NCBI GenBank assembly: GCA_034780895.1
Contig: JAUZTB010000071.1
Coordinates: 23,477,587 to 23,541,586, forward strand
Length of the DNA: 64,000 nt
Origin: Rhynchobatus australiae
Lineage: Eukaryota
Direction of reading: 5' to 3'
Every line of letters starts with the position of its first letter. Positions within the stretch are counted from its first letter, which is position 1. Below the pieces are notes generated by a model that was not told the origin of the DNA, made no database searches, and was given only the letters and a program-made list of their open reading frames with translations. The position numbers were made by a program, and so were the translations under genes. Positions 23,273 to 35,506 of this stretch are shown in pieces.

Positions 23273-26200
23273 TCAGTTCAGGTGTTTTGATTTGAACAAA
23301 AATATTTAGGGAAAAAAACAAAAGAAATTTGAAATTAATCACAATTCTCTTTAGAGCAGATTGATTTTCAAAACAAAGGTTCTCTGGTTGAGATATTGTA
23401 CCTTAGCAACAATTGGTGTTGCTTGTATCTCATCAAATGCAGCATTGGTTGGGAGATTGTATGCTTAATCTAGTCACATTTTACACAGTTTGTCTTTCAC
23501 GTAATTCATTGCTTTTTATGGCCTGTGGTCAAATCTAGCAATCTCATTCTGTCTTCATGAAGCCGTCTTCAAACTCCACCATTCCCAGGGTGCTCTTGCA
23601 GCACTGATGGTGGAGGATTTGCAGCGTAATTCAATTACTTTCCGAAATGAAGTGATTGCAATTGTGACTGTTCAATCTGGGATTTGAAGACAAAACATAA
23701 ACCATTATTCAATCAGGTTTGAATTTAACATGGATCAATACAAGCACATACAGTTTGAAAACCTGTAATTGTTGGCACATCCAGAGTATAAACTAAACTA
23801 ATTTGGCTTTTCCTGATTTTGTAATTCACTGGGAAAGGTTGAGTTTACGTTTGACATGGATTCCAGCTCAATTACCAGCGGAAATGGAATACTGATTTGT
23901 TATTGGGTTGAATCCACTGGAGATGTACATTTCATGTATTCCAGGTGAGAGCTTTGGCTCGTAGTTCAAACATACAGGGCATCCCAGCTAAATCAGATCT
24001 AGTCCATTTGCTCTCTTTGAGCTTGAACAGCTGGACAAAGCTCTCTGTCAAGATTCACATGTGCCAAATGGCATCAAGGTGTCAGGTTTTAGCCGGAATT
24101 GTGTAATAAAATTTAATCAGTGGAACGACACCATAACCTGGCTCGGATTAACATTAGCTCTAGAGCTAGGCTTCACACCCACAACAACTGAAATGAATCC
24201 TAAAATGAAAAGGCACTGCTTCACCATTAGATATTTGCATTGAACTAATATTTGTAGGCTGTCATCCTTTGTTCTCACAGGAAGTAAACTCTCCACTCCT
24301 CCATCACCTTGCCTCTAGCTTGGATTTTTCTCATTAGCTCTATGTTTAAACTGGTTGCTTTGTTCTGTGCATGCTTGGCTATCCTGTTTAAACATCTGCC
24401 TACGCATGTTGCTCCTGTCAACTAGTTTGGCAAATTAAACTCCTCATATTTAAATATTCTTCATCTTAGCAGACAAGCAAATGGATTTGTCTTCGAAACA
24501 CTTAAAGGTAGAACACATCAGCTGAAGGGCAGTTGTTGACATTACCACTGGCAAACAAGGACGTCCTTTGGTTTGACAATCCACATTCATATTTATAGAT
24601 TATTGCCTTTGTGCGCACATTATTTTGGTTTTGTGGGACATTTAGTTGTATTTATTACCCAAATGTTTTGTATGGTATTGTTCATTGAATTTGAGGCCGT
24701 AGATGAAGCCACCCTGATGTGGTCAGCAGAAAATGGAAGGACCTTCCCCTGCCCCACTGTTACCATCACTTGCCCACCCCTGCCCCCACTCAATCATTTT
24801 TTTTTCTTCAACTCTGGGCCTTTCAGATGAATTTGAGTAAGTCTAGAGTGGGTGGGAGGGGCTTGAGAGGGAGTCAAAATTACAGAATTATTCTAAACTT
24901 CATAAAATAGTTAACATGGAGTAATTAAAGTGCTGAAAAAACAGGCAATTTTTTTTGGATGTTTCTATTGACCACTATTCAAAGCCTATTGCAATTCTTG
25001 TATCCATTTCTTAATCTACTCACTTTGTCTAATTTTTTATTTACTCAGTCAAAGCTGGTATTATTCACACTCCTGTTGCATCTCCCTGTAATTAACTTTG
25101 CCTCAATGAAGAAGTTTAAAGTTTCTTGGCACATATGTCCCTGATTTCAGACCTTGTAATAACCCAGTAATTCTGTGTTGTGCTCAATGTAAAGCTATCA
25201 CATTCTTGCAGTAAAATTTGAGGCCATGAGTTTGCATACCATTCCAATTGTGCCCACGAGTTTGCACACTATTTCTGAGTGAGGCCTTAAAGTTTTATCT
25301 CAGAGTGGCTCGTTGCCACTCTGGCCATTTTATTGCACACCTATTAAAATAAAATCCCAGAGCGCCCAGTTTATTTCTGATGGCCTACAAATTCTAATGA
25401 ACAGTTGTAGATGATCCAGCCCCTTATCTGTGTTTCAACAGCATCCGGAAGATGATGCACAAGGTGGGGGACAGGATAGGAGAGAGGTGATGAAATCTCC
25501 TCAATCTGTAATGTTTAACTCCTGGTTCTCTGTTCATAGATGCAGACTTGTTCAAAATTCCTTTGTTTTCTTGCTGTACTCATTCAAATATCAGTGGAAG
25601 TATCCTGGCGAGATAATCAAGGGGAATGCTGACAAGGCAGTATTTGACTTTTCCATCTATTGGAAAACGGTGCTAAGATTGGGTTGGCAGCAGACATCAA
25701 TTAAATATATATTTATCTCCTAAACTCTACATTAATGAACAGGACGAGTTATCTGGCATGTTGGACCTTTCAGCATCTGCATCCTTTGAGCGTGTGTGGA
25801 TAGAAGCTGATAGTGTGAAGAGCGGTAATAACTTAAACTATGATGGCATAATTGTATCTTCTAATCATGCTGAGACCTCTGGGATTTTAGCAATCTAATG
25901 GACAACTGAGTAGGTTTTACATTTGCATAAATTGTCATTCTGAAGCTTTGTTGTCAATACTAGATTGCCAATGAGGAATGTGTCAAAATATATAAAGATA
26001 TTACATTTTAAGTGGCTTAAAGGTAGACTCTTTCCATTATATACCCCTCAAATTAACTGCTCACATTGCTCAAAACATCTTCATTAGAAATGTGAGTTGA
26101 AATATCGAAGAACTTTGGTTGAGTGTCAGTTCAGTTATGGAATGGATCAGGAATGCGTGCGGTCTGGGGTAGCTGGCCTTATCAACACCGCATTTCAAGA

Positions 26201-26377
26201 AGAAGGCTTCTTCTTCATGCCTTACAAGGGGGAGCAATCGGAAAGAACGGTGGTAAAGAGAAACAGTGAGAACCTTAATGGTGACTTTGTCAGTGCTTGT
26301 CAACAAGAGGTCGACCTTGTGCTTGTTTCAAATAGCTGAAGGATACTGAGTTCTGCAAGAACAGAAAGTGTGGGTGG

Positions 26378-26841
26378 AAACACAAGAGACTCAGATGCTG
26401 GAATCTGGAAAAACATGAAAAGCGCTGACTAACAGCGGTCAGGCAGCATCTGTGGTGGGAAATGGACGGTCAAAGTTTTGGGTCAATAAACCTCCATCTG
26501 GACTGTATTTGCTTTTACAGGAGGGAGGTGGGGAGGGCAGAGGGGAGTGGTGGGAGGGGGGAACAATTGGAAGGAGTGTATGGGTGTGATGGGCAATGGA
26601 GAGGGTGGAGGAGGGGAAAAGTCATGGTGATAGAGGCTGGGTAGATGAGGAGGAGAGAGAAAAACAGGACAGCCGGGGAGCAGTTATTGGAGGTTGGAGA
26701 ATTCAACAGCAGTCCAGATGAAATGTCTTGACCCGAAACTTCAACTGTTTATTTCCCTCCACAGATGCTGCCTGACCTGCTGAGTTCCTCCAGCATTTTG
26801 TGTGTTGCTCCAGGTTCCAGCATCTGCAGTCTCTTGTGTCG
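26378..26841. mobile_element. Head-to-head dimer of the Penelope-derived element with purine-rich spacer
   Basis: Minus copy 26378-26505 and plus copy 26711-26841 (agtccagatga...cccgaaacttc). Confidence 0.8.
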
Positions 26842-27569
26842 CCAATGAAGTGCTGCCCAGTATTCCTTTTGAAGCCTGACTCTGGGATGGCAGGTGGCCA
26901 CAGGCCTGTTTGGATCAATGATATGGATGGAATGGGTTGGGGATATTGGAGCCCTGTAATGTGGAGGTGGAAGGGGGAGAAGTAGGTTGGGGCTGGTGGT
27001 TGAGAGGATGATTTGGGGACTAAATGTTTTGGAGAGGGGATCAGGTTGGTAATTTGAAGGAGGATCAAGGAGAAGAAGGTTGGATCAGAGAGCAGCAGAT
27101 TGGAAGAAAGGTCGGGATGAGTTCACAGACTGCTAATCTCAGTCAGAGGAATACAGGACTGAGGGGTGGAAGATCAAGGGGTGGAGAACGGAGCAGTCAG
27201 ATCTTAGAACCCGGGTAGTTGCAGGGTGTGGGTTCAGAGCAAGATTGAAGGATTGTGGATGTAATGAGGGGAGGCTGGTCCAAGTGGTGAAGGCAAACAA
27301 TTCATTTATCTGTCTGGCATTCCAGTCCTGCATGGGATTGGGATAACCAGGTTGACCCTGGGACAGTGTGGTTAAAGTCTCCTGGCAATGCTTTGGAAGG
27401 AGTTTGCATGAAGAATGATGTCATCCATCCAAGTGCAACATAGAAATTGTGATCTCTCGAATGGAACAAAGCAACCCAGCAATGATCATTTCAGCCCAGA
27501 AAAAAATGGTATCATTAGTTACATAATGTTAAAAAATATTATGCAATTGGCTTCTGCCGTGTTTCTTTT

Positions 27570-27660
27570 CAGGGTCTCAGCCCAAAACATCAACTGTTCA
27601 TTTCCCTCCATAGATGCTGCCTGACCTGCTGAGTCCCTCCAGCATTCTGTGTGTGTTACG
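27570..27660 (+). mobile_element. Penelope-derived short element
   Basis: cagggtctcagcccaaaacatcaactg...gatgctgcctgacctgctgag. Confidence 0.8.
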
Positions 27661-29139
27661 CCAGAAAATTCGGCTTTTTTTTCTTAAGATTCACATACAA
27701 GTGTGAGCTATATGGAGTTAATTGCAATGCTGTGCCCCTATCAAAAAATGGCATTTCTCTGTCCTTAGTTTCTGCTCCCCTTCAAGACCCACCCTACAGA
27801 GTGCTCCAGATATGTGTAGGGAGCTCTTGCTTATCTCAGCCAACAGCTGTCTGGCCCCATTTACAAAATGTGATCTAACCAAACCAAAATATCATTTCTG
27901 CTCATCATCCTTCCCTCAAAATACTCATTGCGCACATACCAGCTCGACTGGAACAAGCTCCTTACATCTTACAGATTAAGTGGCTTCATTCTGAATTCCA
28001 AGCATGAAAGATCACCACGGTTATGCTATAATGCTCCCTCCATACATTCTCTTTGTTAATCAAGTCTAAAGAAAACACAGCAGGCCTAAGCCTCAGCCTG
28101 ACTCTGTCTCTCTGCACAGTTGAGTAAACACCAGTCTGTATGGTGGGATTGTACTGGAGGGGATTTCTGACTTCAACAAGGGCAAAGATGTCAATCCCTT
28201 TCACCTTGGCCGTGTTTGGGAATGCAAGTCATTGTTTACATTAAACTCGCAGACTTTGTCCCGGTGGATTTACTCTGCTTCTGGGAACAGTTTGGCCAGC
28301 AGAACAAAACACTTCATATTTTAGATTTTTAGAGTCAGTGGCCTCCATTTCAGGTCTAAGCAAAACATCTCCCAGATCAAGATGTGTTCAATTTCTCCTC
28401 AGACAGCTATCTGTAGGGGAGAAGTGTATAGATTTAACACATGCTATGCAGCATGTTAAGTGTGTACCAGGCATGTAGGAAATAATTAGTTGGAGCACAG
28501 GCTGGGAGTTTTCTCAGAGCTGCCCCAGATCCACTGTCCTATTCTTGCCAGAAGTGGGACATGATCCCAATCATATTTTAATGCCGGATTTTCACTGCGC
28601 CTCCCTTGATGTTGAGGTGGCAAAGTAGGATTGGTTCTCGGTACCTTTTTAGCTTCTGAAATCTATCAGATTGCATAACATTGCCGGTATTTACGGGAAG
28701 GTGGGAAAGGAGTGGGGAGACTAAAATCTATGGAGGAACCCAATCAGGGCAGAGACATGGAGCCCAGGAGATTTTAATGTCAGGACCCCATTAATGCACC
28801 ACAGGAACACTTTTCAGCCCAAGAGTCGGTTAGATGGACTGCATGGTTGGCAGCTGAGAAGCAACACAAGAAGTTGAAACTAGTGATGCTTGTGGATTTC
28901 CACAAAGGGAACTTCAGCTCAGGGCCACTTCCTGGAGAGCAGCTGAAGCGGATTCCACAGAACTGAGGCTTGGGAAACTTGAAGGTCCCCTTGAAGATCT
29001 GGGAGGCACTCTGTATCCGCAAGGAGCACTGAAAGAAAAGTGTAACTTGGGGAATAACAATAACTGGAGCTGGCTTATCCTAGCTGGCCTTCCAGGTCCT
29101 ACATTGAATGAAAAGGACATTTAAAAAACAGACAACAAA

Positions 29140-29460
29140 TAGAATGATAGAGTTATACAGCATAGAAACAGGCCATTCAGCCCATCGAGTCCATGCCAAC
29201 TATCAAACACCAATTCTACATTAGTGTCATTTTATTCTCCCCACATCCATTAACTCTCCCCAGATTCCACCATTCATACACACACCACTGGCAATTTACT
29301 GTGGCCGATTAATCCACCAACCCACGGGAGTATCCAGAGGACTTCCCACACAGTTATGGGGAGAACATGCAAACCACACACAACCAGCACCAAAGGTCAG
29401 GATTGAACCTAGGTCTCTGGCGCTGTGAGGCGGCTGCTTGTCAAGCTGCAGCACTGTGTT
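29140..29460 (-). mobile_element. HE1-like V-SINE
   Basis: gaaacaggccattcagccc tail; ggtcaggattgaacc (B box on minus). Confidence 0.88.
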
Positions 29461-29677
29461 TCTCCACAGGAGACAGAAGAAAACATCGCAGTTTTGTTTT
29501 AGTGTTATTTTGCCAGCCGGCTGTTAAAAGTATTGTGAGACTTTTTTTATTTAGTCCTTAAATGTAGATGGATTTCCTGTCCGTAATTCTTCAGCATTGA
29601 TAAGGAAGAACAGAATCAGGACAGCCATGCTCACAGGGATTACATTCACTTGCCATTATTTACCCACTAAAAAAAGG

Positions 29678-30210
29678 ACAACAACAATTTGCATTTATAT
29701 AGTACCCTCACTGCAGCAAATTGTCTGAAATGGCTTTGGTTGAACATTTGATGCAAATTTTATAAAGGGGAAGCAAAGGAGACCATAAGCTTGTTCAAGC
29801 TTTCAAATCAAAAAGATTTTAAGCAATATATCGAAGAAAGACAGCAAGTCTTAGGAAAAGAGTTCCTGAGCAAGGTGCCTTGGCAGCTGAAGGAATGGTT
29901 ACTGGTGCTGGAAAAATCAGTCCAGAAAGAGTACAACCTCTTGGAAGATGGTGAGAAGGAAGTGACGAGACCGTGGTTAGATTTCAAAACAAGGACTGGA
30001 CTTTTAAAAATAAGGTTTTACTTAAACAAGAGTTCAAGTAGGTTAATGAGCACAGGAATACTGGATAAATGATAGTAGGTGTAAGTTAATTTTTAAATGG
30101 CCTCATTTATGGGAAGTAGACTGAGGGAAGGAAGTCTGCCAGGAATGAGAGGAATATTCACGACTGGAGATAAGAAAGACATGAGCAAGAGTTTCAACAG
30201 TGGACAGGCC
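29678..30210 (-). mobile_element. L2-clade LINE 3' region, diverged
   Basis: acaacaatttgcatttatatagt tail; gagttcctgag...ggcagctgaagg. Confidence 0.6.
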
Positions 30211-30234
30211 AGGGTTGAATGTTCTGATCTATAA

Positions 30235-30452
30235 TGCAGGAAAAACATTAACAAGTTTTTGCACAGCAAGATCCCACAAGCAGCAATGTGACAAAGATCA
30301 GATCATTTGTTTTAAGTAATGCTGGATGAAGGATCAATAGAGGGTGTGTGGACCAGGTTAACTCCTCATCTCTTCTTTAAACTGTGCCACAGAATCTTTT
30401 ATCTCCACCTGTGAGCACATCCTGGGCTCTGGTTTAACCTCATATCTGAAAA
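30235..30452 (-). mobile_element. Deu-domain SINE fragment
   Basis: gcacagcaagatcccacaagcagcaatg...tgccacagaatcttttatctccacctg. Confidence 0.75.
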
Positions 30453-30471
30453 ATATTGCTTCTGCATTTTA

Positions 30472-30691
30472 CAGGTCCTCTCCAGCTTACGAACGCCCGA
30501 CTTATGTACAGCCCGAACACACGAGTGAACGTTTGGGACACCGGTGGGATGGATTTGTCAGCTGCTGCAGGGCTGCAGGCATCTTCTGCCGTGTGGGATC
30601 TTGGCTCGTGGCCTCATTTCCAACTTGCGAACTGTCCGGGTTACCAAGAGTTTACGGGAGCGGAATCCTGTCGTAACCCAGGGAGAACCTG
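30472..30691. mobile_element. Tigger/pogo-like (Tc1/mariner superfamily) MITE, 220 bp
   Basis: TA-caggtcctctccagcttacga ... tcgtaacccagggagaacctg-TA: imperfect 21-bp TIRs, TA duplication, CpG-rich interior. Confidence 0.85.
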
Positions 30692-31714
30692 TATATATTT
30701 CAGATTGAATAATTTCAACAATGGGCAGTTTTTCTGCTTGCTTACTAGAATATTTTAAATGCACAGTGTGTGCAATGGTGTAGAAATACTACTGCTTAGG
30801 CATTGGATACAAATAAGTAAACATTGTCAGTGCATCACCACATGTTTAACCTGTACCATTAATAGACATACCATTTCCATTGCAATATTCAAGTGTCAGC
30901 ATTTTGAAAACACAGTGTCGTCCTTGAAACACCAAACACTGCCTTGTGTGGAAAGCAATGCTATATAACAGTACTCTCATTCCAATGTCAAGTATCTGCC
31001 AACTGTTTGTCCAACAGCCAAACAGTGTGAATTACAGACCTTAAATGAGCCACTGCAGCATCCCCAAGCACACACTGTAAAGTGGTGTGCGATGCAGTGA
31101 AGATACTGACGCCAGGGAGCATTCCGAGAAGTTCCCAGAGAGAGCTGTGGAAGTCCTGGTGGAAGCAACTGAAGGGATGTGCCTTGGAAAAGGGCAGAGG
31201 CTTCCACATTCCCATACATGGATGTTGTGAGGTCTGGCTGGTATTGCATAGTGGGAGAAGTGATTAGGTTGATACCTTCAGCCTGCATAGTTTGCGATTG
31301 ATCCTTTAAATAGCAACATTACAGAGCAAACATCATAAGTAAGACATGGTCCTGCTGGGAGAGATGAACAACTGTTGCTAAAAGTAGGGCAACAGAAGAA
31401 AGCATTTCAATATCTCCCCCTTGAAGTGCTACAAAAAAGGGTTCATGAATTGCCCCGGCTCTGTGGCACTGATCTGCCTGCTCCCACATTTTGTTGTCTG
31501 GGTCCAACATCCAATGCAGTGATTAACCCCATCAGAAAACATTACACTCATCAACCCTTCACTTAGCGATCCTCAATGGATCCTATTAAACTGAGCAAAA
31601 CCCCAGAATGGGATCCACCGCCTCAGCCTATTTACATCAGATGAGAAAGCACGGGTATTCTTGTAGGGCCTGAGAGAATTTCAACCTCATTACCATTTGC
31701 TAATATATGAGTTA

Positions 31715-32040
31715 TTAAGGGCTGCGGGTTCAAGCCCCTCTTGAGAGAAGCACAAATTCATGGTAAACACTCTCATACTGAAGGAGCCCTGTCGTATTGG
31801 AAAATATTAAAACTGAGGCCAAATCTGTTCTCTCAGGTTAATTCGATGCAAAGGATTCCATGACTCGCTTTTAAAGGAAAGCTTGGTGATTTCTCCCCAG
31901 TGTCATATCCAATATTTTTCTGTAATCGTTACCACATTGCTGTTTTTTGACCTTGCTGTGCACAAATTGGCTGCTGAATTACAAATTGACGACACTTCAA
32001 AACTACCTTACTGACATCTGGACATTTCATGGTGTGAGAC
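31715..32040 (+). mobile_element. Deu-domain SINE (SacSINE1-like)
   Basis: B box gggttcaagccc; ttctccccagtgtc; cattgctg...cttgctgtgcacaaattggctgc. Confidence 0.75.
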
Positions 32041-32519
32041 TTTCCAGAAGGAGTAATGTGAAATGTTTTGCGTCAGTGATTCTGATCTGTGTGCTCAATA
32101 AGAAAGATAATCCTGACCGTATCCTTAGCATAAAATATTGGCTAATAATACCTCACTCTTTCATATCCTGAGAAAAGTCCATGTGGATGGATTATAGTTT
32201 TATAATACCTGTTAGCTCACAATGGGAGTATACTAACATTTATGAGAAAAATTACATAATTAGTTGTTTTGTCAAAGCTTATAGGCATTTGGAGAATTGT
32301 CATTTTTTACTTTGGCAATTTAATACTGTTATGTATTTTCTTTGGAATTCTTTTCAAATTTATATTTGGTGCTGAACAAAGTACAGCACCATCCTAAAAT
32401 CTGGCATCAGTCAGGACTAGCTTGCCAATCTAACTAAAACTGAAACCATTAAGCTTGCTTGAAAACAGAAATGTTGCGCTGCTGTTGTGAGGAAACTCAC
32501 TGAAGATGGAAGCTGATTC

Positions 32520-32720
32520 CAACTGTATTGGATGTTGGCAAGAAGAGGAAGAATAGAGGAACAGGATTTAATGTGGGATAGGTGGTGGGATTTTGGATGA
32601 GCTGGAATTTGGACAAGATGGGATTCAGCAGACTGGAAGAGAGCCCACTGAAGTAATTATATCTAGAGATGGCACTACATAAATCCATGTCTCAGTCTGA
32701 GTCAAGGCTGGGGTTGGATC
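32520..32720 (-). mobile_element. L2 LINE ORF2 C-terminal fragment
   Basis: ISRYNYFSGL...KFQLIQN resembles SRLDYCN...KLQLIQN. Confidence 0.6.
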
Positions 32721-33924
32721 GTTGTAGACATGTTAGGAATATAAATGGCAATGCTGTTAGTGGAAATTCATATGTCTCTGGAAATCATTCTCTGGCTGGT
32801 AGTATTAAATGTGCTACATATTTTACTTTAAAAGAGCCAAATTTCAGAAGTGAATTGCAATGCACTTTTGGTGCTGTGTGTAGCACCAAGCAGCTGCAAG
32901 TTACAGGATGATCAAGGAACTGCAGTATGATATAGGCATAGTGCTGCCTTCATTTGTGATGTTTATGGACAAAGGTAGAGTGCAGAGAAGTAAGTTAAGC
33001 AGTGCAAAAACGGTATTCTGATGAAATGGAGATCCCTTAATTAGGATCCCTTTGGTGACTTGCTACAGGGTTTCCTCTTTGCTTTATGTGGACGATGTGG
33101 TTCTGTTGGTTTCTTTGGGTTTACACTGGGGCAGCAGAGAGTNNNNNNNNNNNNNNNNNNNNNNNNNNNNNNNNNNNNNNNNNNNNNNNNNNNNNNNNNN
33201 NNNNNNNNNNNNNNNNNNNNNNNNNNNNNNNNNNNNNNNNNNACTGTGAGTTAAAAATGCAGATCCCAGGTTGCACATTTAACAGATAATTTCTGTTGGT
33301 AAACACAGAAATATCCATTGTACACTCGTTGATGTCAAAATACGTTCATTTGATGCCAGGTGGTAAGGTGATTTATTCCTGGGAATGCCCAGATCAGTTT
33401 CCTAAAGGATGGTAATCACCCAGAAATGATTGCCAGTGGGATCTAAGGTGCACCAATTGTCTTTCATTCACAGATTGTGCACAAAAGGCACATGCAAATG
33501 CCAAGCATTTCTAGGTGAAAGTGTTTTGTACCATCAACCAGAAGTGAATTTCTAGTGAGTGGTCTCAGTGGCGTGGACATAGAATTTGAGACACAAATAG
33601 GAATTCAAAATTGTGCGTTTGTTAGTTTAGCCTGAGTGGGCGGGAGATGGTGGTCAGACGCTGAGCTTTTGATGGGGGTTAAAGAGGGTAATTTCAAACA
33701 AGCCAACCATGAACTGTAGGAAGTTTGCACCTTCAGTACTTGTTGTGAACAGGATATTGGACATCGTCAAAATGCTCACAGAGGGGGAAGGATTTCTGTG
33801 ACCTGTATGAAAATCACAAAGTTGGCACCACTTAGGGAAGGAACAAAACAATAATGGAATCTTAAGTCGTGTCTGAAACACAAAATATTAAATGACATTA
33901 AAAAATGCTTAACTTTTTATGGAA

Positions 33925-33982
33925 TAAAAGCAGATCATGCTGGCAATGCTCAACAGGTCAAGCAGCATCTGTGGAGGGCTAA
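33925..33982 (-). mobile_element. Penelope-derived short element fragment
   Basis: atgctggcaatgctcaacaggtcaagcagcatctgtggag. Confidence 0.65.
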
Positions 33983-35197
33983 ATAGGCTTCATATTGCAC
34001 ATCAATATCCCTTTAAAACAGATAATAAAAATGTGCTTATCCAAAGAGCAATGGAACATTTGAATTAATTCACCTGGTAAGGCATTGGAGATAATGATGT
34101 TAGAGGGACTCAGCATGATCCTGGATGTAAGAATGAATGAATCAGAGAGTTGCAGAGGTTATCTTGAGGTACCAGTAATACTTATTTATCCCTGTCTTTT
34201 TAACAGATTTAAGTACTTGCCTGGGCTAATTCTCAGACTTGACTTGCTGCAAATGCATTTCTTCACCAATAAGTAATAGTTTTAATACCATCAAGTTTCA
34301 CAATTTCCCCTTGGTNNNNNNNNNNNNNNNNNNNNNNNNNNCTGCTTGCTGTAGGACTAGGACGAGCAATTGACACAGAATAAAGTGGGAAATACTTCTT
34401 TTCACCATTTAGACAAAGATGAAAATATATAACATTTGGTGAGTATTTCATTCAGTTTTGTTCTCTGATACCTTTGAAATTAATCTCCCATGAGGGGCTG
34501 ATGTTTATGATATCATTATCCTGGGCTGTGGTAATTGTCTATCCATATGAAGTTACCGATCTATAGTCTTCTCCCTGTTTCCTGTCTTCTTGTTTGAAAA
34601 GGTCACTGGGTTTTGTTATAGGGAACGCAATGAAATGCATGCCTTATCACTAGAAATCATCGTGTGTGGGGAGCAAAGGTCACCATGGTCCCGTTTGGCT
34701 AAATTAAAAGAAAACAGTTTGTACCACACAGCAGTGACAATGATGTGTTAGTAGTGAAGAGTCTCTCCAGCTTTGTGCAAACAAACCCCTGGTTAAATTA
34801 ACAATTTCACAGCAGAGGGGATTTGAGGATGGATTCAATTCCAAAGCCAACCTGAGATGGGGATAAAAGCGGTGGGGAACTGAGGATGAAGATGTCACTC
34901 AGAGCAAAATATCTCTTCTTTTCAAAGATGGTTTTCAAGCTGCTTTGACTAGATGTGAAGATGCAATCTGAATCTGTTTGAAACTCTGCAAATATAAAGA
35001 GACAATAGTGAAATTACATTAACAGCGTCTTTTTCATCTGTAGCATTAATTTGCATTTCAGATGCATATTGCATACCATTATTACACAGCATAATGATCT
35101 ATTAATATGGGAAAGTGACTTTTGAGAGATAACGCCTGTTAAGGCTGATGAAAGTTGAAAGGTGCTGCCTGAATAATTAAACAATACAATCTTTACG

Positions 35198-35506
35198 TCA
35201 TACTGCACAAAAACAGGCCCTTTGCCCCATTGACATTGCTCCAATCATCAACCACCCATATATTAATCTCCTTTTATTTTCTTCACATTCCTATCAATTC
35301 CTACTTACCTACACACCAGAGGCGATTTACACTAGCCAATTAACTTACCAAGCCACGTGTCTTTGGGATGTGGGACAAAACTGGAGCACCCAGAGGAAAC
35401 CCACACAGTTGCAGGGAGAAAGTACACACTGTCTACAGACAGCACTGGAGGTCAGGATCAAAGCTGAAGATATGAGGCAGCACACCTATGAGCTGCACCA
35501 CTGTGC
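35198..35506 (-). mobile_element. HE1-like V-SINE
   Basis: aaacaggccctttgccc tail; ggagcacccagaggaaacccac; gagctgcaccactgtgc head. Confidence 0.88.

Noticed and set aside
26097-26339. 80-aa ORF in CpG-retaining DNA
   Set aside because: No recognisable homology or convincing splice pair; kept only within the repeat-free block finding.
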